DNA of 63,843 bases, counting the filler, from Octopus bimaculoides (lineage: Eukaryota), in NCBI RefSeq assembly GCF_001194135.2. It is 9 parts of 8 records of this genome, joined end to end, with 100 filler letters (N's around TTAATTAATTAA, not from the genome) between each part and the next. Parts side by side here need not be neighbours in the genome. Positions count along the whole stretch, not along the records: positions 60,322 to 62,375 come from NW_026337904.1; positions 62,476 to 63,843 come from NW_026332860.1; 7 more parts are not named here. One strand, written 5' to 3'. Numbering within the stretch: the stretch's first letter is position 1; the number at the start of each line of letters is the position of its first letter. Positions 62,375 to 63,843 of this stretch are shown here, piece after piece. The translations under genes and the position numbers were made by a program. The notes below the pieces were generated by a model. That model did no database searches, was not told the DNA's origin, and saw only the letters and a program-made list of their open reading frames with translations.

Positions 62375-62475
62375 TNNNNNNNNNNNNNNNNNNNNNNNNN
62401 NNNNNNNNNNNNNNNNNNNTTAATTAATTAANNNNNNNNNNNNNNNNNNNNNNNNNNNNNNNNNNNNNNNNNNNN

Positions 62476-62737
62476 ACTTCTCTACCACCACCACCACCAC
62501 CACCACCACCATGGCATTTACGCACACCCTTACTCAATGACTCCAGTGACATCCACTCAATCGCTGCTGCTGCTGCTGCTGCTGCTGCGGCTACTACTGC
62601 TACTGCTACTGCTACTGCTACTATACTACCAGCATTAACTAATTATCAGTAAGAGCAACAACAACAATGTCAGCATGAACAACAACAACAAGGCAACAAA
62701 CTACAGCACTGTCTACAGCAACAATAAAAGCAGCAAC

Positions 62738-62820
<83 letters not shown>

Positions 62821-62834
62821 NNNNNNNNNNGATG

Positions 62835-62904
<70 letters not shown>

Positions 62905-62905
62905 T
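62476..62905. repeat. Compound trinucleotide tracts (CCA)/(GCT)/(AAC)/(ATA)/(GAT)
   Basis: Direct reading. Confidence 0.95.
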
Positions 62906-62907
62906 AA

Positions 62908-63680
62908 TCCTTTCTACCATAGGCACGAGGCTTGAAAATTTAGGGGAAGGGACTAGTCGATTACATCGACCTCAGTACTCAACTGGTACTTAGTTTATCA
63001 ACCCCGAAAGGATGAAAATAAAAGTCGACGTTTGCGGAATTTGAACTCAGAACGTCTTTAAGACAGATGGACGAAATGCTGCGAAGTATTTTGTCCAGCG
63101 CTCTAACGACTTTGGCAGCTCGCTGCCTCATCCACAACAACAACAGTAACAGCAGCGGCAGCAGCAGCGGCAACAATTACAACAACAACAACACTTTATC
63201 AACAGTAATGCCAATAATAATCTGTTTCTTATATCTTTATTGCCCAGAAGCGGCTACACAGTGGGGACAAACTAGGACAGACACACGGATTAAGTCGATT
63301 ATATTGACCCCAGTGCGTAACTGGTACTTATTTAATCGACCCCGTAAGGTTGAAAGGAAAAATTCGACTTTGGCGAAATTTGAACTCCGGACGTAAAGAC
63401 AGTCGAAGTACCGCTAAACATCTCGCCCGGGTGCTAACGTTTCTTATCTCTTTATTGCCCACAAGGGGCTGAACGTAGAGGTGACAAACAAGGACAGACA
63501 AAGGGATTAAGTCGATTATATCGACCCCAGTGCTTAACTGGTGCTTATTTAATCGACCCCGAATGGATGAAAGACGAAGTCGACCTCGGCGGAATTTGAA
63601 CTCAGAACGTAACGAGAGACGAAACACCACTAAACATTTCGCCCGTGTGCTAACGTTTCTTCCAGCTCGCTGCCTTTGCC
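62908..63680 (-). mobile_element. SINE family B monomer (62908-63128) and dimer (63228-63680)
   Basis: Three cores; dimer junction at 63433-63460. Confidence 0.9.
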
Positions 63681-63794
63681 AATAATAATCTCTTTCTCCA
63701 AAAAGACAAAGGCTCGAAATTTACGGGAAATGATCAAGTCGTTTGCATCGAAAAATACCTTAGGATTGAGAATCCAAGTTCGAAATTTCCCACA

Positions 63795-63840
63795 GATACC
63801 TGATGAAGGCTGGAGGGTATATCAGCCGAAACGTTGTGTT
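63795..63840 (+). ncRNA. Minimal type I hammerhead ribozyme motif with canonical core
   Basis: GATAC-CTGATGA-A-GGCTG-GAGGGTATAT-CAGCC-GAAA-CG-TT^GTGTT. Stem I has two G.U pairs; palindromic AACGTT stem III; predicted cut after 63835. Confidence 0.7.
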
Positions 63841-63843
63841 AAC

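Overview
AT-rich, gapped, microsatellite- and transposon-dense eukaryotic DNA. The tRNA-headed SINE families and repeat landscape look like an Octopus genome (inference from recalled repeat sequences, not from a search). No intact host gene, rRNA/tRNA gene or CRISPR array can be supported. Recognisable coding sequence is all transposon-derived: a Helentron-type endonuclease with a Helitron terminus, Penelope-like RT/GIY-YIG pieces, R4/Dong-like RT and restriction-like endonuclease pieces, RTE and CR1-like RT pieces, a full-length but decayed Tc1 element with DD36E spacing, and mariner/piggyBac-type MITEs. Best second-look items: (i) hammerhead-ribozyme motifs from four different repeat contexts, two with non-canonical cores; (ii) five co-oriented R4/Dong-like fragments stacked in trinucleotide repeats; (iii) a head-to-tail Helitron dimer, one unit carrying degenerate (CCCTAA)n; (iv) a 466-bp imperfect palindrome; (v) one SINE-SINE junction recurring five times. 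Eight 44N-TTAATTAATTAA-44N linkers show the window is stitched from separate pieces, so adjacency across them is unproven.
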